A DNA stretch of 60,388 bases, the filler included, from Piptocephalis cylindrospora (taxonomy: Eukaryota): the NCBI GenBank assembly GCA_003614145.1. It is 6 parts of 6 records of this genome, joined end to end, with 100 filler letters (N's around TTAATTAATTAA, not from the genome) between each part and the next. Parts side by side here need not be neighbours in the genome. Positions count along the whole stretch, not along the records: positions 1 to 10,042 come from KZ988054.1; positions 10,143 to 20,173 come from KZ988055.1; 4 more parts are not named here. The stretch is one strand, 5' to 3'. The translations under genes were made by a program, and so were the position numbers. Each line of letters opens with the position of its first letter. The stretch's first letter is position 1. Shown here in pieces: positions 1 through 12,663 of the stretch. The notes under the pieces are model-generated. The model searched no databases, was not told the DNA's origin, and saw only the letters and a list, made by a program, of their open reading frames with translations.

Positions 1-776
1 ATAGCTGAGGGTACATTGCTCAATCAGCCTGACCAGATTCCCCGGAATCGGTATCTTACTCAATCGGTTCAAAACCTCGATAATAGCCTTGGTTTCCATT
101 CCCACACTCACGGCGGCGTACAGGGAAAAGGCCGTGAGCTTGTACTCGTGCACATGAGCCGGCCGGGACAAGGGCTCAGCGATGGTAGTGAGGAAATCTT
201 GAGCCTGTTCAGATATGGGAGAGAAGGCTTCCAGAAGGATGTGGCCTGAAACGGGGCATACCCAAAGAGGCCTCGAGGTATGATCAGGCTTGAGCGGGAG
301 ATGAGAGTAATCCTCGGAGGTAAAGAAGGAGGATACTGGATCATGGGGTCTAGAGGGGACCACCGAATGTCCTTTGCTCGGAGAGGCCGCATTGATATCG
401 GACATATCAATCGTGGCAATCCTCGGGACTAATGAAAAAAGAGATGGAGATAAAAGTTAGAGCGGATAAGTAGAGTAAATTAGTGTATTAGTATACTAGG
501 GACTTACGATAAGCGGCAGCCTTGGAATCTCCATCAATTACCTCCAATTCCTCCGCCTCCGCATCAGCCTTTTTCTCCGAGAAAAATCCAGGAGGTGGGG
601 CTGCCGTCCGGGTCCTCTTGGAGGACCTGGAGGCTGATGAGGCAAAAAAAAGCATCCCAGGTAAGATGGGTGGTAAGAAAGGATGGTTAGATCACTTGCT
701 ATTGCTGCTGTGGTGACTGGAATAAAATAGATCCCAGAAGAATCTTACATGTTGGTAGCTTATGTTTCGAGGACAT
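1..776 (-). CDS. SSL2: TFIIH/NER helicase XPB (Ssl2/Rad25/ERCC3), 5' part; truncated at window start
   Basis: Manual minus-strand translation of 428->1 gives [82 protein letters not shown], the XPB N-terminal domain. GT-AG intron at 507-429. The ATG at 776 (MSSKHKLPT) with a first intron from 748 is the less certain part. Not in the ORF track. Confidence 0.93.
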
Positions 777-1857
777 GGTGCACCAACAAGGCAAGGCAAA
801 AGGACGGATGAAGGAGGGGGGAGATCTGGGTCCGAAATCTCAAATCAGGTCCTTGCAGAAGGGTGAAAAAAGATGGGATGAAGGTAAGAAGAAGGTGTGC
901 CGATATGAGATGAGTAGAGTATATGGTCGTGCAGCCCTTGTTTATGGAGAAGCCACCTGCCTTTGCGAGTGGGTGACGGTGTGTGAGTAAGCAAGTCCCA
1001 GCCACACAGGGCGTTCTTTCGGGTATGAGCAGCACAACATGAAGAGGGATGGTGTGTATGAGATATATGGGAGGGATGATTATAAATCAGAAACGTTTGA
1101 GTGACCCTGGACCCGATATAAGTTCCTATACTCTTTATCCTAATGGACTAGCCAAACAATTAGCTGGCCATCCAAATGGACCCGCTTTGGAAATAAATAG
1201 AGAGTCGGATAGGACATTTAGTCAATGGGTCAAAACTCGCTGTAATTTTCTGCTAAAGATAGGATAATGTATGAATAGATTTATTCCAGGCATCATCCTT
1301 TATACTATTTTGAGATAATAACTTGTACCATTATTGTTGAGCATAGATACTACACTAGATACAAATAACAACAGGGAATATCCAGTTTGATATTTAACTT
1401 CAACTATTATTTTTATTTTGTATTCTCGTATATGCGTTGGTCAGACTAACAAAAAGGTCATTCTTTACTCGCCACATCGTATCTATCGACTCCACCTTGT
1501 AGCCTCTGGGGTAAGGATATATCAATCAGCTTAGAGAGTGAGTTGATGAATGGTCTAAGTGGGAAATGGTATTATACTAGAATTGAATTAATTGAATAGT
1601 TCATACTAATTTAGGATGATTAATGTTCTTTATAATCATACTCTATCGATCGCCTTCATGCTCTATGAATGCTGTAGGAACATATCACTGCTCCCTCTTG
1701 TCCTTGTCCTTATGGCTTTGTATCCACTTTCGAAGGATCAATGGATTCTCGCCAAGTCATCCTGTTTTCATAAACAACCCCTACCCACCTGATCACATCC
1801 AGAAACCAGGTCATTTTTGGCTTATTTTGGGGAAATGACCTTTTTTTCTATGCGTAT

Positions 1858-1882
1858 GTGAGTGAGTGAGTGAGTGAGTGAG
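1858..1882. repeat. (GTGA)n microsatellite
   Basis: gtgagtgagtgagtgagtgagtgag read directly. Confidence 0.9.
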
Positions 1883-2203
1883 GATGAGCTTGACTTGACT
1901 AGGTCGCGTACACTGAGGAGTGTAGCCCGTTTATCCCTGTCCTTTTTCTTTCACCTCCCAGCCCATGGTCCCCCCATACTTAAGCCACACGCACTCACCC
2001 TACTACTACAGCCATACACTTCCCAACCAGCCCAAACTCTACCTTACCCAATCAGGACAAGGGATGAAGAGGGCTGTGGCAAAAAAGTCTCCTCTTCTTC
2101 ACCACACCCCGTCCCTATCCCCCCCAACTCCCCCTCCCCCTTCCCTTTCCTCTTTCTCTTCCTCTCACCTCATTTTCTGATCCGTCGGTGCTGTCATTCA
2201 ACA

Positions 2204-3104
2204 ATGTAAGACCCTTTCCCTTCCCTCTCACCCTGCTCCCGAACTTCTGTGCTGCACAAAGACGCTTTCTTTAGAGACCGAAAGGAAGGTTAAGGGCAGT
2301 CCAAGGAGGGAGATGAAGAGAGGAGGAAGACGAGACAGGATGGACGTGTACTCTTTTTTTTTGTTTTCCGTCTTGTCCTTTTCGACACGGTCAAGAAAGA
2401 CAAGAGGATTGCAAAGGCGGGAAGACTAGTTCTATTTCTGTTTTATCCTCATCACCTCTCTTTCGTCTCGCCATGCTACGCCACTTCACCGCGCCGTCAC
2501 TCACCCGTCACTTTCCTTCCTTTTGTTTTTCAGGGTGAACCTTTCCAGTCAGAAGCGCCTCGCCGCTAGCGTCATGAAGTGTGGTGAGCGTAAGGTCTGG
2601 CTTGACCCCAATGAGGTCAAGGAGATCGCCAACGCCAACTCCCGCAAGAACATCCGCAAGCTTGTCAAGGACGGTCTCGTCATCCGCAAGCCCCAGGTCT
2701 CCAACTCCCGCTTCCGCGTCCGTGAGCGTCACGAGGCCAAGCGCAAGGGTCGCCACACCGGTTACGGTAAGCGTCACGGTACCGCCGAGGCTCGTATGTC
2801 CTCCGAGGTCATCTGGATGCGCCGCCAGCGCGTCCTCCGCCGTCTCCTCCGCAAGTACCGCGAGGCCGGCAAGATCGACAAGCATCTCTACCACGGTCTT
2901 TACCTCAAGTCCAAGGGTAACGTCTTCAAGAACAAGCGTGTCCTCATGGAGTACATCCACAAGGCCAAGGCCGAGCGTACCCGCTCCAAGCTCCTCGCCG
3001 ACCAGGCCGAGGCCCACCGTATCAAGGCCCGTGCTGCCCGCGAGCGTCGTGCCGAGCGTGTCGCTGCCAAGCGCGAGGCCCTCCTCAGTGCCAACGACAA
3101 CTAG
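2204..3104 (+). CDS. RPL19: 60S ribosomal protein L19 (eL19)
   Basis: [27 protein letters not shown]...[18 protein letters not shown]...[23 protein letters not shown]. The start codon is split AT|G by intron 2206-2533 (GTAAG...CAG). Strong C-ending codon bias. Confidence 0.98.
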
Positions 3105-3458
3105 AGTGGGACGACTGGATACGCCCATCCTTGCCTTTTCTAGGGAAGTTGGGACATTTGGTCCTTTCTCCCTCTCTTTCCCCTCTCGATATCTTCATTC
3201 CCTGCTTCTGGTTGTTTGGTCAGCCAGGGACTGTCAGGAGTTGTCATGGGGTTTGGAAGGAGAAAGAGGTCAATACATACCCTGTGGTTCTTCCTTTAAC
3301 TACCGCGTCTCTCATCCTTGACAGGGGTTGAGGAAGGGGTATAGGGCGGAATTACGCTGTAAGAACATCCTCTCATATGCGGGACAAAGACAATCAGGCG
3401 GTAGGATGAGTTTTAAAGACGACATATTGATGATATATTCTTGAAGGATGCGGTGGTG

Positions 3459-3701
3459 CTAAGAAGATGCATTGCTTTTCTCTGCAGGTTTGAGTTTCCG
3501 AGCCTCCGCCAGTTCATTCGAGGCCTGTTCCTGCTGCCGTAGCCGTTCATCCCAAGAGAGCTTCCGCACAGCGTGTTGCTGCTGATCCCGGAAGTTCTCT
3601 CGACGCCTCTGGTCAATATCCTTCTTGGCATAGTAGTACGCGCCACCAGCGGCGACAATGAGGGCTCCCCAGCCGTACACGACGGATGACACGTTGTTCA
3701 T
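3459..3701 (-). CDS. small fungal membrane protein, DUF4748-like
   Basis: 80-aa ORF MNNVSSVVYGWGALIVAAGGAYYYAKKDIDQRRR: one hydrophobic helix with a GWGxLxxAxGGAYYxAKK pattern recalled from DUF4748. CT-rich tract upstream. Confidence 0.75.
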   Translation of the reverse strand: MNNVSSVVYGWGALIVAAGGAYYYAKKDIDQRRRENFRDQQQHAVRKLSWDERLRQQEQASNELAEARKLKPAEKSNASS

Positions 3702-6700
3702 GATGGGTTAGGGTGGTGAAAAGGGAGAGGGCAAGAGCTCTTGGAAAAAGGGGGTGCGTAATGGAGAGAAGGAAGGGAAGTAGGAGATTGTGGATCGGAA
3801 GAGGAAGGGACCGGGACGATTCTTTACCTTTGCTTAAAAAGTCATTCCGATAGGCCTGGGTATTGTTGGGTGTTTCAGTTTGATATTGACACATTCTAGG
3901 TACACGGTTGATAATTCCCCTGGTCTTGTGAAACAAAGTCCTTGTATTTGTTACGGTTAAAAGCAAGAGACCACAAGCCGCCTTATAGGGAAAGGAGGTA
4001 TCTTGCTTTTACTATATGCGATAATGAGCAGTTGAATGGGTTGATCTGGCGTGCCTTCGACCTTACTCTCTTTAGGGGATGACCAAAGTGAAGAGCCTAA
4101 TCAAATCCCGCACGAAGGGCCTCGAACTGCCTGATAAGATCCCATAGGTACAAGAATGGGGCATTTTAAGGGTAAAATCGACTGGTCTCAGCGCAAGTCC
4201 AAGTAACTGTGTCTAAAATGGAAGGCTAGATGGAAAATATCATTTTTATATAGATATGAACTTGCAATGCTATACGTTGGGGATTTGGTCCTTGGTATCG
4301 TGCATGCTGGCCTTAGCGCAGATACTGTATTTGGGGACCCTCTTGGTTTGCCTCACAAGGGAAAATACACAATGACTTTATCTCCAAAGGATGACTGTGT
4401 CTTGAGCATGTATGGAATTTTGGAGATAAATCAACTCATTTCATTGACCCTTCCTTCTACATTAAGAGAATTTCCATAATACAAGTGGATTGGGGGCCTA
4501 AGAGTATCTGGAGAGAGAAAGGATCAATAGACAATATATTTTTGCCATGTAATGTAGGGGTTAATTTCCTTGCTTTATTGATCTACTTGAGGCTCAGTTT
4601 GACGGAGTACCATCCCCTTTGTAATGCATTCTCTACATATTGGGAGGCTGGCACTGTTGTTCACTGGTGTATTTCCCCGTGTCACGACCGAATTACACGA
4701 GGCAAGATGATCAAGATCGGATTTACTGAACAATCAAGGGTCTTTTGCTACCTTAGAGGGTGATGGGGCTCTAGGATAGGGTGGGCTTTTGGGTCGGTAT
4801 ACAAGTAAGATGGGACGTGATTTTCCTTCCTCCTGTTTCATCCATGTTCCCTCAGATCGCTTCAAATCCCTCCCATCCCCGCTTTTTACTTGCTATTCCT
4901 TTCCTTAATCCAACGTTACTGGTCCTCATTGCAGCCTCCCAGCCCTCGCTATGTCCTCTTGCTCTCCCATTATCTACTTATCATGAGGGACTTTATTTCT
5001 TTTGCAGTTCTCCTGTTGGCTCATCCTGCATGTCAATTTTTTCTAGCCAATTATACACCAAGGACCCTCAAGCACGAGTTCCTCATCATTTAGGATGACG
5101 AACACGTATTTTGGCATCTACTCCTTCTGACTTGATGGTGGAGGCGGCATGGGTACCGTTATTCACCATGTTAGAGCACTCAGCTTGGCAGTGTCTACCG
5201 GAAATGCATCTTTTCCAATGAATACATTCACGGGAGCGTTATTTATTTGAGTTTGCTTAGGCTCGTCACTAACCTCACGATACCCGCCATCGGCATGAAG
5301 AGAGAGGTCAGTTCAGGGTCACGGGAGAAAGTAGAAGATACCTTTCTCATGGGGCTCACCGGGAAAATTAGGAAGACTTTATGATCCTTCATTGACACCA
5401 ATGACTCATCCGCCGCATTAGGCGGGGCGCGATTTCATTAATGCACTGGGAGCCCCTAAAAGGATGGACAAAGGCAAGTCTTGCTTCTCACAAATAGTCG
5501 TAAAGAAGCTTCTAAACAATGGATCTCTTGGAGCTCCGCAAACCTTACTCATGAAAGCGTTATGATTTTCTCTTTATTTACCTTGTCTAGATTGGAATTA
5601 TCTGAAGCTGAAGGTCATGTCGTTACTGAGGACCCTAAATGCTTTAACGACGAGTAAGAGATAATCATGGGTGATTGAAGCCTTCTTTTCCTCCGCCCGT
5701 CATACTGTACATCTCTGTTTCTTACCTGGTAGAAACAATAAATATAGCATAGTCCTAGTTCTATATTCTGTGAGACTGTGACCGTCATCTGGGCGGTCGG
5801 ACCATGTGACGAGGACACAGGTATAGCGCAATGTATGCTGCAAATACTGACTGGCCGTGTCTCTTGGCTTTATTGCAGGGTGGGTCAAATTGGCTGGGAG
5901 GCTAGCATTTGTGATCTTGAACAGACCCTTGTTCTACGACGAAAGCGCTCCTGAAGGCTCTGTAGAGAAGAGAGAAGGGAAAAGGGAGGGTGCAACGCTA
6001 GTTCAAGGGGCTGTACCATCGATGAGAGCAGTCATCATCATTGCTTTCCTGAATGGATTCCTCAAGAGTGGCTAGCGCCATCCCTGGGCCGGGTTTTCGT
6101 TTGCATTGACCTTAGCAAAAGGCATTATCTTATTCCAATAGGCTGTGCTGGTTATGCTTAAAAGTAGGTCGAGTAGAGGGAGGAGGTTATGTGCTGCCTT
6201 GTTTGCACTCTTGAATAGTGCACCATGCTGGCAAAGGTAAAGGGCAAACCATCTTTGTGACACCCATTGCCGTCTACAGAAAGGATACAATTGTACCAGC
6301 TCTCACTGTGGCGCTTCACCTTCCTCATCGCATTTAAGGCTTGATGAGGCACAAGCAATCCCCAGGAGAGAAATATGGGTCTGTGATCTCCAACCCAAAA
6401 AAGCACACAACCGACTCCCCAAGTGCTCTATTTATCGTACTGTCGCCTCAGCCTCATCGGACTCTGCAAGAGCAGCGTTTGGTAAGACGTTAGAGATGAC
6501 TATAAATGGCGATCCCCTGGCCATAAGCAGCACGGGGGGTTTTCTTCCTCATCACCTGTCACCTCTCCCGACCTGTTTACCTCATCCCCTGTCACACCTC
6601 CTCCTTCCCTCCTCCCTTTCATCCTTATCCTTATCGTCGACCTCCTGGGGGGTTTGTACTTGTTAGCCCCCATCTCATTATACTCGCCTGACTTTCTCTT

Positions 6701-6820
6701 AGGGTCACACCATCATACGGTCCTTTGAGTTGTCTAAGTCTCTTTTTCTGTTCGTTCAGCACCCCCATTCAGCATCTACCCTTCCCTCCCTGGTCTGTCT
6801 TGGCTCTTCTTTGATTCAGC

Positions 6821-8401
6821 ATGAGGGAAACAAAACGTTTGGTGATCCCTGTGGATAGGAGATGGAGACATCCCTTGTACTGGATCCCGATCTTCTTCAT
6901 CTTTGGGGCCATGGGATATGGGTATTATGTGTATGTGGATCGACTTTATTCGAACTACCTTGCCAAGGAACATCGGACCAGAGGCATTGTTTTTCTGGTT
7001 ATCTTCTCCGTTCTCTGGGCCCTCTTCGTCCTAAGCTACATCGCTGTCATTCTTACTCGGCCTGGCTTTGCGGGTCGTGGACCATCGGTGGTTCGAAGGC
7101 ACTCTACCTCATTGGACCCGGACCTTGCTCAGGAAGACTTACCTACTGGGCTGGAAGGGGAAAATCCGAGGAATCAGTCGGATCCAAGAGGGGATGCTGC
7201 TCGATCAAGAGGGGGAGCCCCCACAAGGGCGAGTTCCGGGGCGGAGAGGGAGGCACCCAGTACAGGGGAGGACCCGAGTACCTTGGCGGCCTCTTCCTCT
7301 ACTGCGTCTATCCGTTCGAGCAGTCCCTCCACGACCACGAACCACGGCAAGGGTCAAAGACAGGACCCGATTGAGCGGCCGGATTCCCCTGATTTCCCCG
7401 TCCCTCTACTCTCTTTTGCCGGGGAAAGTCTGCCTGATCGACCGATCACTCATAATCCTCGGTGGTGTTACACCTGCAAGATACTCAAGGGAGACCGGGT
7501 GCATCACTGCTCGACGTGCGATGAGTGCATTCAGCGGATGGACCAGTGAGTCGACCTTTTGCCGAGAGGGTAAGGGTAGAAAGGGGTAGGCCCGCATGAC
7601 TGACACACGATCCCCTTTTTCTTACGTGGATGATGGTCTTTTTTCCTAGTCACTGTCCTTGGTAGGTTGGATGGGGGGTGGCTTGAGGGGCGAATCGTCT
7701 TTAATCCATTTTCTCTCCAATCTTTCATCATCCCGTAGGGTGGGTGGATGCGTAGGATACCGGAACCACAAGCTCTTTATCCTTTTTATCAGCTATGGAG
7801 GGCTTTTTACCTTGTTTACCGCCGGGACTGTAGCTTCCGTGATTGGTACCATTGCCGCTACTCCCAATGTAATCGTATTTGAGGGACAGTCTGATCCATG
7901 GTCACGTTCATCCGCTCATCTCTCCCCTCCTCCTTCTTGGACAGACGGCGTATTCATTGGATCCTCAGCTGGTCATCCTGTTGGGACTCACAGGGTTCTG
8001 GGGACTGATCCTCGGACCTTTTGCGATCATTCACATTGACCAGACCTTGCGAAATAAAACCACCCTGGAGAACATGAAGCGCCAGGCGGAGAAGCGGCGG
8101 AGACATGATGCCAAGGCTCATGGCACGCAGCAATGGGAGGATCTAGGGCCAATGCCGCCTAATGAGTGGGACATTGGGTGGAAGGCCAACTGGAGAAGCG
8201 TCATGGGAAAGACATGGTGGATGTGGTTTATCCCACTTCCAGCTCGGTAAGACCTGATGGCTGTTGGGGGCAAGGACGTATCTCCTTTGCTGACTCACTT
8301 GTCCCTACTTCCCTACCACCGCCTCTCACAGAGATCTTGGGGATGGTGTGAAATTTCCAAGAAGGACTTCGCAAGCCATTCAAGGGGATCAGGCTGTGTA
8401 G
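6821..8401 (+). CDS. DHHC palmitoyltransferase (Pfa3/Pfa5-like)
   Basis: Exons 6821-7545, 7650-7661, 7739-7868, 7945-8246, 8332-8401. They give N-terminal TM helices, WCYTCKILKGDRVHHCSTCDECIQRMDHHCPWVGGCVGYRNHKLF, the NKTTLE motif and WDIGWKANWRSVMG. Confidence 0.93.
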
Positions 8402-9850
8402 ATCAAGTCACCTGACGGGAATGGAGCTGGGATACGATGGACTGAGGACGAGTACGGCCTTCATCCCCGATCCTGCGTCACATTCATCCACTCGACCCGG
8501 CCTCTCATGAGAGGGACAGAGAAGGGGAGAGATAGGATGCTTTTGGCTTCAATAGAGTCTCCTCCTGGCGTGGTTCCTGTTGATGGGGAATGATTCATGA
8601 TTCTTCTCCTCCTCTCCTGATGTCCTGGTTACATGGGTGGGAGCGAGCATATATCGCTCACTTTCCAAGGAGTATTCTATCCCCGCACATCCTGACTCCT
8701 GTTCTCACATACTCCGACCAAGTTTCCCACCTTGATTCGTCCCTGCACTCACCAATCGTTCATGTACACACCATGGCCTCAGGATGGTGGGGGGAGTTCC
8801 CCTTGAAAAGCGGGTCCTAGTCTTATCCGCAGATCTTGGTCATACAAACCTGGTATGTATGGAGGCGGCAGAAGGGAGAGGGCCCCTTGGCGATCTTGCT
8901 TGGGTCTATGCTAATGACAGACGAGGAAGGCGTTCCATTGACGCCTGGTCGACTAGGATTAGGAGCATCCTCAAAGGGCCATCATCTATACTCATCGATT
9001 ATGTAGTAGTATCCTGAGCCATAGACATTGCCCTTGTGTGGGTCCTGCATTGTGCGATGGATGTGCACTGAGGATGTGCATGAGTGCTGGGATAGGTCTT
9101 TCTCACCATGCGCCTCTTTCTTCCGCCCATTCGTGCCCTCCCTAGACCGAAAGGGTCATTCAGCTCCTGCTTTCCAAGACACATCCTCTCCGCTGGATTT
9201 CGACACAGCTTGTGTAAATATTATTTTTTCACTTCAATTTTACATCTTGCTAAAAACGCGAGGACCTTATCCCCTTTTTTCTCTCAGCCCACCAATCACT
9301 ATCTACACAGACAAACCTTCCCCCTCCCTCACTCCATACTCCACAGGGATCCGGGTGGTCCTGTCTATGATCCAGGTTGGCGGAGTGCAAATCAGCTTGG
9401 ACCAAGGATCCCTGGATGGGGGCTGAGGAAGGAGGACAGTGGATCTGAGCATGATTCCGCCCGCTCACGGTGGACAACAACACGGTGCATAGTTTACCTG
9501 GGCTGTGTGTTGTGGGTATGCACATCCCGGTCACAAAGGGACCATGGATTCAGGAGAGGCATTCCATAAGCCTCTTCGGTCTGGCCCTCCTTTCCCTTCT
9601 TCCCTTCCTTCTCCCTTCCTTACTCTGGTATAAACATATCAATTGCCCCTCCCCCTATCTTTACCTCCACCCCTCCTCCATGGCTATCGAGGAGTAGGCC
9701 TAATTCTCTTCCTTCCTCTTTTCCCTTCCACTTTAAATTCACTTTGCCCTTGTCCTTGCACTCGACCTTCTGTTCAGTGGCCAAACCACCCTCGCTCCTT
9801 GTCCCCTCCCCCCTACCTCCCTACAATCCGGCAGACCCATTGACACCCCC

Positions 9851-9914
9851 TGCTCTTGAACACTCCCCCTACTCACACTGCTCTTGAACACTCCCCCTAC
9901 CCACACTGCTCTTG
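9851..9914. repeat. 28-bp tandem repeat, about 2.3 copies
   Basis: tgctcttgaacactccccctac(t/c)cacac at 9851 and 9879, with a partial copy at 9907. Confidence 0.85.
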
Positions 9915-10042
9915 GCCGAAACGCACTTGTGCCTCCCCTTTCTCCTCTTATCCCATCCTTCCCTCCTCTCCTCGTCAATCTACCATTCACCCCTCAGCAT
10001 CCCAGATATCGGCCCAGCCAAACCTTTTAATTTTTCCCTTCT

Positions 10043-10142
10043 NNNNNNNNNNNNNNNNNNNNNNNNNNNNNNNNNNNNNNNNNNNNTTAATTAATTAANN
10101 NNNNNNNNNNNNNNNNNNNNNNNNNNNNNNNNNNNNNNNNNN
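10043..10142. other. artificial contig linker
   Basis: 44 N + TTAATTAATTAA (stop codons in all six frames) + 44 N. Confidence 0.98.
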
Positions 10143-10164
10143 TACCCCACTCCTCCCTAAACAG

Positions 10165-12341
10165 GTCCGGATATGAATCAGACGGTTATCAAAGACATTT
10201 CTTACTCTTCTGGAACAGTTCAGGCACGGATGTATCTGTACGCTTCGGTGCTCCAGATGCGTGGAGGACATGTAGCCAGACAGCCCAGGGAGGATAAGGT
10301 GGGGAATGTATTGTTGTGGAATGGAGAGGTATTTGATGGACCCGTTGAGGTATGTTTGTTTGTGGAAGAGGTAGATGCGGGTTCTATGGACCAAGTCAAT
10401 TAACGCACATGACCGAGTAGGTGAGAACAGATGAGAATGATACGGAACAGATAGAAAAGTACCTGTATGGGATTAGTCAAGGGCCGAGGGAGGAGAAGAA
10501 GAGGAAGGTGGGTGAAGTGCTGTGCAGGATGGAGGGGCCGTTTGCGTTTGTTTACTACGAGGTCGGGGAAGGAAGAGTATGGTTTGGGAGAGATGGGCTT
10601 GGGCGAAGGTCGCTTGTCTCCATTCAACCAACCGAGAGGGGAAGCGAGGGAAGAGCGCCGTTGTTTTTAGCATCGGTATCTCCAGGAATGGGGGAGGAGG
10701 TAAAGGAAGTGGAAGCAGGTCATGGGATATTTTATATAGACCTGAATGAATGGATGAATCTTGGAGAGAATGAAGGGATTCATTTGTTTCATCGACCGGG
10801 TAAGTAGGGTGGAGTCGATATGAGAAAAGTGTCTGCGAGCCAAAACTAACTGATCTCTCTATATGAGAGGCCCCAACAGAGCCCATAATGCTGATAAACC
10901 AGGCGGTCCTGGAGGAGAAGGAACTGGCTACCGCTGATGGTCTTGAGAGGATTATGAAAAGTGAAAAAGGGCCAAATGGCCTATTGGATGCTGCCTACGA
11001 CGAGGCAATCAAAGGGCTTTATGAATCATTGCACAAGGCGGTTTCTCGTCGGTTGATTGGACTTGGACCTGTAGAGTAAGCATTTCTGGTATATGCCATC
11101 ATCTATAATCATCACTCTCATACATTGGCCCTTTCCAGAGAAGGACGGGGTAGGGTGGCCATCCTCTTTTCTGGAGGAGTAGATTGCTCAACTTTGGCGG
11201 TCCTGGTGGATCGGATCCTAGGGAAGGATGAGTCTATTGACTTGATCAATGTGGCTTTTGAGAACCCAAGGGAACTGCGGGCCAAGGGACGGACGGAGGC
11301 TGGTGCAGAAGGATGGGCTCAAGTACCTGATCGCCGAACTGGACTTGTGGCCTTAGAAAACCTGGCGCGTCTTTCCCCTCATCGAGAATGGAGATGGGTG
11401 GAGGTGAATGTAACGTATGCCGAGGTGGAGGCGGAGAGGGCAAGGGTAGAAAGGCTGATGCTTCCATCCCGGACTCGAATGGACCTTGTAAGGGGGATAG
11501 GATGGGATAGAATTGGATGAGATGGGATTGGATGGAGGGTATACTGATCGCTCTATTCTTTTAGAGCATTGCCCTTGCCTTTTGGTTTGCCACTCGAGGG
11601 AAAGGTGAGTTGGACAAAGAGAAAAGGAGAGGAGAGACGGGGTGACTTATTACCCTCCTCTCCTCCAGGAAACATGTGGAGGGTTCATGGAAAGGAAGGG
11701 ATTGAAAGACAAAGAAACACGGCTCCCATGACTGACTATATCAGCCGGGCACGAGTGGTAATACTTGGATCCGGAGCGGATGAGCAACTTGGCGGATACT
11801 CTCGACATCGAGATGCGTATGACCGAGGAGGTTGGACTCGCCTTGTGGATGAGGTACATTGGAGATGGGAGATGGTGGTTGATATCGACTGGGAAGGGAC
11901 TAATTCAATCCCTTTTTATTTGGAATGCCATGTAGGTCCAATTGGATGTATCTCGTATCTCATCTCGTAATTTTGGTAAGTCACCATTGTATATCATTAT
12001 CTGGCAAGAAACAGGGCCTCTTTCAGGCCCACTTACCCGCACACCACATTTCTATACTACTAGGGAGAGATGACCGAATTATTGCGGATCATGGAAAGGA
12101 ATCCCGACTTCCCTTTACGGATGCTGGAGTTATGTCTCTTCTGGCGTCGTTGCCCATACACATCAAATGCGATCCTCGGCTGGGGAGAGGACTAGGGGAG
12201 AAGCTGGTGTTACGATGGATGGCGACGTATATGCTGGGTCTCGGGGAGGAGGTGAGTGGGGCGCCCAAAAGAGCCATTCAATTTGGAGCCAGGTCGGCCA
12301 AGATGCAAGGACGATGGGAGAGGGGCGATGATCCCTTGTAG
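10165..12341 (+). CDS. asparagine synthetase domain-containing protein (ASNSD1/YML096W-like), 5'-truncated, multi-exon
   Basis: Motifs [108 protein letters not shown] and [14 protein letters not shown] lie in successive GT-AG separated exons. Confidence 0.92.
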
Positions 12342-12663
12342 GAAGGACGTGTGCATACGCTGTGTATCGGGGACAAAGTATGGTCATTAAAAAAAAGCCC
12401 AGATAGATTGGATTGTCAGACACATGGGGATGTATTTGTGGTCAGTTCACATGGTGAAAGAGGGAGGGTTCAGGGTGGTGACCATGGCATGTACAAGAAG
12501 GGGGGGAGAGAAGGGAAAAAAAGGGAAATCTGGGGGAAAAGGGAGACCTAGAGATGGGAAAGAAAAAAAAAGAAGGGAAAAAAGAAGCGATAAAGGGCGT
12601 ATGTGCAGGATGGACGGGAGGAGTGAACAGGGTGAATAGAGGGGTGTCGTGAAAGAGGCAAGA

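Noticed and set aside
2508..3321. Long antisense and alternate-frame ORFs over RPL19
   Set aside because: Shadow ORFs expected from strong C-ending codon bias; no recognisable protein features.
3900..6500. 2.6-kb stretch with short ORFs, one beginning with a signal-peptide-like sequence near 4983
   Set aside because: No sustained frame, motif or consistent splice structure; cannot be called a gene or pseudogene by eye.
9851..9914. 28-bp repeat as a possible CRISPR array
   Set aside because: Copies are directly adjacent with no spacers; eukaryotic context with no cas genes.
10087..10098. TTAATTAATTAA palindrome recurring about every 10 kb
   Set aside because: Always centred in N padding; an artificial six-frame-stop linker, not biology.
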